Shown here piece after piece: positions 59,469 to 64,000 of a stretch of 64,000 nucleotides of DNA. Source of the DNA: Flavobacteriales bacterium (GTDB taxonomy: Bacteria > Bacteroidota > Bacteroidia > Flavobacteriales_F > PHOS-HE28); NCBI GenBank assembly GCA_016721825.1, contig JADKHI010000001.1, positions 769,084 through 833,083 on the forward strand, read 5' to 3'. Position numbers and translations under genes: made by a program. Each line of letters starts with the position of its first letter. The first letter of the stretch is position 1. Below the pieces are notes generated by a model. The model had not been told where the DNA came from and made no database searches. It saw only the letters and a list, made by a program, of their open reading frames with translations.

Positions 59469-62219
59469 ATGCGAAACCTCAACCCGATCCGTCGGACCGT
59501 CCAACGCCTCCTGCTAAGCCTTTGGTCGGGATGCGTTGTGCTGGCCGCACAGGCCACCACCTATTATGTGGCCGAGACCGGCAACGATGCGAACAGCGGC
59601 ACCACCCAGGCACAGGCGTGGCGCACGGTCGATCGTGTGAACCAGATCGCCTATACCATGCAGCCCGGTGACCAGGTGCTCTTCAAAAAAGGAGGCATCT
59701 ATCGCGGCACCCTCATCATCGGCTCCTCCGGCACCACCAGCTCGCCGATCACCGTGGGCGCCTACGGTAGCGGTGCGGCCCCCGTCCTTGCGGGAAGTAC
59801 TGCGCTTACCGGATGGACGGTCCATAGCGGCAACATCTGGAAGGTACCCGTGACCACACCCGTGAAGTACCTCTTCAGCGGCGGCCAGCTCATGACCCTG
59901 GCACGTTTTCCGAACACGGGCTGGTTGCGAAACGACAACGGCTCCAGCACGGAGATCAATGATGCCGGCCTCACCCAGGCCGCAGGCTACTGGAACGGTG
60001 CGGAAGTGGTGGTGCGCAGTTCCAACTGGAGTTACGATGTCGCCCCTGTGACCGGCCATACCGCTAGCCGCCTTCAGTTCAACAACATCTGGTTCGACCT
60101 CGACACCAACCACTGGGGCTACTTGCTCCGCAACAAGCTCAGCGAGCTCGACGCACAGAACGAATGGTTCTACGCTGCTGCTGCTGGGCTGCTCTACTTC
60201 CGTGCACCAAACAATGCGGACCCGAACACCCTTCTCGTAGAAGCCAGCACGGTGGACCGTGGCGTCTGGGTTCAGCTGAACCGCCACGATGTAGTGGTCG
60301 ATGGACTCACCTTCCACCACCAACATGAGCGCGGCGTGTTCATCGATGGCGCTCACCATGTCACGGTACGCAACTGCACCTTCGAAGACCTCGCCCAGTC
60401 CATGTACAGCTACGGACATGATGATGTTTTCCAGAACAACATCGTGCGCCGCACCTTCAAGACCGGCCTCTATGTGATCGACAACAACACCGTGATCAGT
60501 GGCAACTTGTTCCAGGATGTGGCCATGGAACCAGGTCTGGGCGAATCGAACTGGGGCTACATGGGCGTCCGTGTGAGCGGCAACAACAACATTGTCCGTG
60601 AGAACCGCTTGGAAACGATCGGCTACATCGGCATCAGCGTGGAGAGCAACACCCTGGTGGAGCGCAACTTCGTACAGCACGCCTTGGCCCTGCTCAACGA
60701 TGGCTGCGGTATCGGCATGGACAACTCCAACGGGATGATCATCCAGGACAACATCATCGTGGATATCACTGGCAACCTGGAGAGCGGCGCGCCGAACAGC
60801 GGTGTGTACTGGCCCATCGCCTTCGGCATCTACTTCGGCAACCTGTCCGTGCAGAACACCATCATCCGCAGGAACACCATCGCCAACTGTTCAGGCGGTG
60901 GCATGCACGTGGACCACACCATGCTCTCGCAAGGAAACCAGATCGTCGACAACCTGCTCTTCAACAACGCGAAGCAGATCAGCCTGAGCGACTTCTCGAA
61001 CTTCACAGGACCCGGTGCTGTGGCGCCTTTCTCCATGCCTAGTTACAACCAGACGATCAGCGGCAACGTTTTCCATAGCATCACCTCGGACCAGCTCTGC
61101 ATGCACCAACTCCAGGTGTGGACACCGGGCTGGTGCGACTTCGGGACCTTCAGCAACAACCGCTTCATCAATCCCTACAACGACCAGAGCATCTACATCG
61201 AGGACCTGAACCAGTACCAGTGGCGCCGCTTCACCCTTGCCCGCTGGCAGGCTGAACAAGCTGAGGAGACCGGTTCCACACCAAGTCCTGTGCACTATGA
61301 CCCCTACGCGGTGACCAACGTGATCGGCGCCAACCTCGTGGCCAACGGCACGTTCGACAACAACGTGACCGGCTGGAGCGGCTGGCCGAACAACGCGCAG
61401 GTCACCCAGGACTACACCTTCCTTGACAATGGCGCACTGAAAGCCAACCTGCCCAATGCCAATGTGTACCCGAGCTTCAGCCTGCGTAACCCGGACCCCT
61501 TCGCCATGCAAAGCGGCCAGTGGTACCGCATGCAGTTCAGCATCCAGAGCAACGCGCACGGCGAAGTGGAATGCGGTGTGAAGGGCAGCACGCAGATGAC
61601 AGGGCCGCAGATGATCCACAAGCGGAACATCCCTTTCGACGGAACACGCCGCGATGTGAACCTCTTCTTCCAGAGCGCATTGAGCGATCAAAGCCTGGTG
61701 CAGTTCACCAACAGCTACACCGAGCCGATGTACTGGCTTGACAATGTGCGCCTGGAGCGGGTGGCAGTGCAACCCATCGATCCGTTGGAACAGAACAAGC
61801 TGCTCTACAACGACCAGCTCACCGCACAAACCTTCGCCATCACCGGCTGCTGGCGCGATGCACAGGGCACCCTCCACAGTGGCTCCATCACGCTCGCTCC
61901 CTTCAGCGGCATCTCACTGATGAAAGAGGACGACATCCTCTGCGGCCTTTCCACCGGAGTGGATGAGAACAACGATCAGTCCTCACGCCCGGCCATCTAC
62001 CCGAACCCGGTGCACGCCGGCGGCGAGGTGTTCTTCGCAAAACCTGCGGATGGCGGCCGACTGGACATCTTCGACGGCCAGGGACGCTTGCAGCGTAGCG
62101 AAGTGATGAGCAACGGACAGCGCTCCATCACACTTGATGCAGGGCTGGCCACCGGCGTTTACACGTTGGTCGCACAGGGCACCACCTCCACCTGGCATAG
62201 CCGCCTTGTGGTGGAATGA
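59469..62219 (+). CDS. large secreted right-handed beta-helix (pectate-lyase-fold) protein with T9SS C-terminal sorting domain
   Basis: Signal peptide at ATG 59469. Parallel beta-helix-type NxI/V repeats (NNIVRRT..., NNNIVRENR, QDNIIVD, RRNTIANCSGGGMHV). CTD IYPNPVHAGGEVFF...GVYTLVAQG. Confidence 0.7.
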   Translation: MRNLNPIRRTVQRLLLSLWSGCVVLAAQATTYYVAETGNDANSGTTQAQAWRTVDRVNQIAYTMQPGDQVLFKKGGIYRGTLIIGSSGTTSSPITVGAYGSGAAPVLAGSTALTGWTVHSGNIWKVPVTTPVKYLFSGGQLMTLARFPNTGWLRNDNGSSTEINDAGLTQAAGYWNGAEVVVRSSNWSYDVAPVTGHTASRLQFNNIWFDLDTNHWGYLLRNKLSELDAQNEWFYAAAAGLLYFRAPNNADPNTLLVEASTVDRGVWVQLNRHDVVVDGLTFHHQHERGVFIDGAHHVTVRNCTFEDLAQSMYSYGHDDVFQNNIVRRTFKTGLYVIDNNTVISGNLFQDVAMEPGLGESNWGYMGVRVSGNNNIVRENRLETIGYIGISVESNTLVERNFVQHALALLNDGCGIGMDNSNGMIIQDNIIVDITGNLESGAPNSGVYWPIAFGIYFGNLSVQNTIIRRNTIANCSGGGMHVDHTMLSQGNQIVDNLLFNNAKQISLSDFSNFTGPGAVAPFSMPSYNQTISGNVFHSITSDQLCMHQLQVWTPGWCDFGTFSNNRFINPYNDQSIYIEDLNQYQWRRFTLARWQAEQAEETGSTPSPVHYDPYAVTNVIGANLVANGTFDNNVTGWSGWPNNAQVTQDYTFLDNGALKANLPNANVYPSFSLRNPDPFAMQSGQWYRMQFSIQSNAHGEVECGVKGSTQMTGPQMIHKRNIPFDGTRRDVNLFFQSALSDQSLVQFTNSYTEPMYWLDNVRLERVAVQPIDPLEQNKLLYNDQLTAQTFAITGCWRDAQGTLHSGSITLAPFSGISLMKEDDILCGLSTGVDENNDQSSRPAIYPNPVHAGGEVFFAKPADGGRLDIFDGQGRLQRSEVMSNGQRSITLDAGLATGVYTLVAQGTTSTWHSRLVVE

Positions 62220-62241
62220 GAAGAACAACATCCGAACAGAA

Positions 62242-62267
62242 CGAAGGGCCCGATCAAGGGCCCTTCG
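62242..62267. terminator. bidirectional terminator hairpin (CGAAGGGCCC-GATCAA-GGGCCCTTCG)
   Basis: Perfect 10-bp stem between convergent genes ending at 62219 (+) and 62290 (-). Confidence 0.45.
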
Positions 62268-62289
62268 ACGTTCGTGATAGTTGAAGTGA

Positions 62290-63147
62290 TCAAGCCTTCG
62301 AGGCCGCCTGCCGATCGGAAGCAAGGTGCTCGTTGAACCAGAGCTTCAGGTGTTGGGGCACGTAGAGGGCCACACGCACGCCCATGCTCAAGTACTGGCC
62401 CAGCAGGCCCATGCCCACGGAGCGGCTCAAGCGACGCGTTTCCTTCAGCGCCTTGCCGAACGGAATGGCGAAACTGGCCCCGCCAGCGCTGTGGTGCGAT
62501 AGCGCTTCCGGGATGTAGTGGAACTGTCCTGGATCCTCCAGGTAAGCCCGCACGGTCCATTGATGGTCGCCACTGACCCGGAACTCAGGGTCGAACGGGC
62601 GGCCCTTGTAGAAGGACCGGCGGACGAAGAAGGTAGGGTGGTTCAGTACCATCTCCCAGTACTTCAGCAGGAAGCCCGAACGTTTGGCGTGCTTCACGCG
62701 CATCTGTCCGTTGGGGTAGTGGATCCACATATCGCCATGCACGATGTTCACGGTGTCCGGTCGGCTTCTCGCCTCACGCACCATCCGTTCGATCGTGTCC
62801 GGCTCATACCAGTCGTCAGCATTGATCATGGCCACCCATTCCCCCGTGCATAGGGCGATGCCCTTGTTCATGGCATCGTAAATGCCGCGGTCCTTCGCGC
62901 TCATCCACAGATCCAGCTGGTCCGCGTTACGCTTGATCACATCCAGTGTTCCATCCGTGGAAGCACCATCAACGATGATGTACTCGATGTTGGCGTAGGT
63001 CTGCCCTTTTACGCTTCGGATGGTCCGCTCCAATGTGTCGGCGGCGTTCCAAACAACCGTCAGCACACTGACCAATGGCTTGTCCGCTGTTCCGCTGCGC
63101 GTGTTGCCGAGGGTCCTTCGGCCACCTTGCTGGATCGTTTCGCTCAT
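62290..63147 (-). CDS. GT2-family glycosyltransferase
   Basis: VSVLTVVWNAADTLERTIRSV...IIVDGASTDGT...INADDW shows the DxD/GT-A signatures. Confidence 0.85.
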   Translation of the reverse strand: MSETIQQGGRRTLGNTRSGTADKPLVSVLTVVWNAADTLERTIRSVKGQTYANIEYIIVDGASTDGTLDVIKRNADQLDLWMSAKDRGIYDAMNKGIALCTGEWVAMINADDWYEPDTIERMVREARSRPDTVNIVHGDMWIHYPNGQMRVKHAKRSGFLLKYWEMVLNHPTFFVRRSFYKGRPFDPEFRVSGDHQWTVRAYLEDPGQFHYIPEALSHHSAGGASFAIPFGKALKETRRLSRSVGMGLLGQYLSMGVRVALYVPQHLKLWFNEHLASDRQAASKA

Positions 63148-63995
63148 GCTAATGGAAGGCCTTTCATGTCCAGCCGCTGGCGGGTGATGTACTGCTGTTT
63201 GACGCAGAAGACCGCGAAGATGCTGAACAGGATCGGGTTACCGATGTCCATGCCATAGCAGAAGATGTCGATCTGCCAGATGAACATCAAGTACACCATG
63301 GCGGCGTACATCGGTGCATCCTGCGAACCGTCCATGTACTCACGCCGGAAATGACGGTGACCGCGGTAGGTGAGCACGTACAGCAGCAACAGCACAAGGA
63401 GACCTTGGTCCACAAGGACCTCCAGAAAAGTGCTGTGCATATGGATGAGGTGCGGATCCCCATCCCAGAGCTTCGCCATGTAGTCGAGCATGCCGATGTG
63501 CGCTTGACCCATATAACCGTTGCCGAAGAGGAGTCCGCGGCGGTCACTGAGGAACCAATCCCAGACCCCTTCCCAGATGTACGTGCGTCCATTGAAGGTG
63601 GTCACATCTTCCTTGCTCACACGGTCCAGCATGGCTTGGAAGAATGGCAGCGTGAGGACCTCGTAAACCAGCAACGAGAACGACATCAGCAACGGCATGG
63701 TGAATACCGATATGCTGAACAGGCCCTTGACCGCCTTGATCGCCCGCGTGAGGAAGAGGACCATGAGCGCAAAGAAGATCATGATGGACAAGCGCGAATT
63801 GATGTTCGCCATCATCGCCAAGCACACCATGAACGCAACGTACATCGCCACCGTGGTGATGGGCTTGTTCCGGAAGTCGCTCATGTAGAAGATGAGCATG
63901 AGGTTGATAATGGCGAGGAGGTGGGCCCCATCGTAGATCCCCATCATGAAGGGCAGGCTCAGGCGACCCGCGAAGCCGTGCACGAGGTTATGCAT
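63144..63995 (-). CDS. O-antigen ligase/polymerase-like (Wzy_C) integral membrane protein, possibly extending beyond the window edge
   Basis: More than eight TM helices with a large loop typical of the O-antigen ligase family. Stop overlaps the GT2 start (ATGA). Confidence 0.65.
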   Translation of the reverse strand: MHNLVHGFAGRLSLPFMMGIYDGAHLLAIINLMLIFYMSDFRNKPITTVAMYVAFMVCLAMMANINSRLSIMIFFALMVLFLTRAIKAVKGLFSISVFTMPLLMSFSLLVYEVLTLPFFQAMLDRVSKEDVTTFNGRTYIWEGVWDWFLSDRRGLLFGNGYMGQAHIGMLDYMAKLWDGDPHLIHMHSTFLEVLVDQGLLVLLLLYVLTYRGHRHFRREYMDGSQDAPMYAAMVYLMFIWQIDIFCYGMDIGNPILFSIFAVFCVKQQYITRQRLDMKGLPLA

Positions 63996-64000
63996 GCCCG

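Overview
This 64 kb window is a high-GC (about 60-62%) chromosomal segment that looks like a Bacteroidota genome, based on T9SS C-terminal sorting domains, a FISUMP lipoprotein, a TonB receptor with a DUF4249 partner, and a Bacteroidetes-style kdp locus. No tRNA, rRNA or CRISPR array was seen.

Gene content, in order:
- 1-13.5 kb: partial TonB-dependent receptor with DUF4249 lipoprotein, trxB, a sigma-54-dependent response regulator, and a complete kdpFABC locus with an in-operon porin, a stand-alone KdpD N-terminal sensor domain and a separate histidine kinase.
- 13.5-18.3 kb: small unknowns and an alkylation-repair group (AlkD-like glycosylase, HxlR/DoxX pair, Ogt).
- 18.4-34.4 kb: an accessory stretch dominated by secreted T9SS cargo proteins (two paralogs, a DUF642-like protein, a PKD protein whose CTD is cut off by an in-frame stop, an FG-GAP/VCBS giant, an SBBP-repeat protein) plus a FISUMP lipoprotein, a GNAT, an SRPBCC protein and a SnoaL-like lipoprotein.
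- 34.4-37.3 kb: a lower-GC insertion-like region at the 3' end of carB. It carries three direct copies of the carB 3' terminus, a YhcG/DUF1016-type PD-(D/E)XK nuclease gene, a lipoprotein gene, a transmembrane unknown, and a 29-bp palindrome present about three times.
- 37.3-47.7 kb: carB (with an apparent frameshift), an alpha/beta hydrolase, rpmH, birA, rsfS, ftsH, cdsA, psd.
- 47.7-64 kb: a surface-polysaccharide locus on the minus strand (upp, FemAB-like GNAT, polysaccharide deacetylase-like, AAC(3)-like acetyltransferase, alpha/alpha-toroid prenyltransferase-like, wecB, radC, rpsT, sugar phosphotransferase, several glycosyltransferases, epimerase, O-antigen ligase-like), interrupted by a 917-aa T9SS beta-helix protein.

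Many long antisense ORFs in the track are GC-driven artefacts and are not reported.
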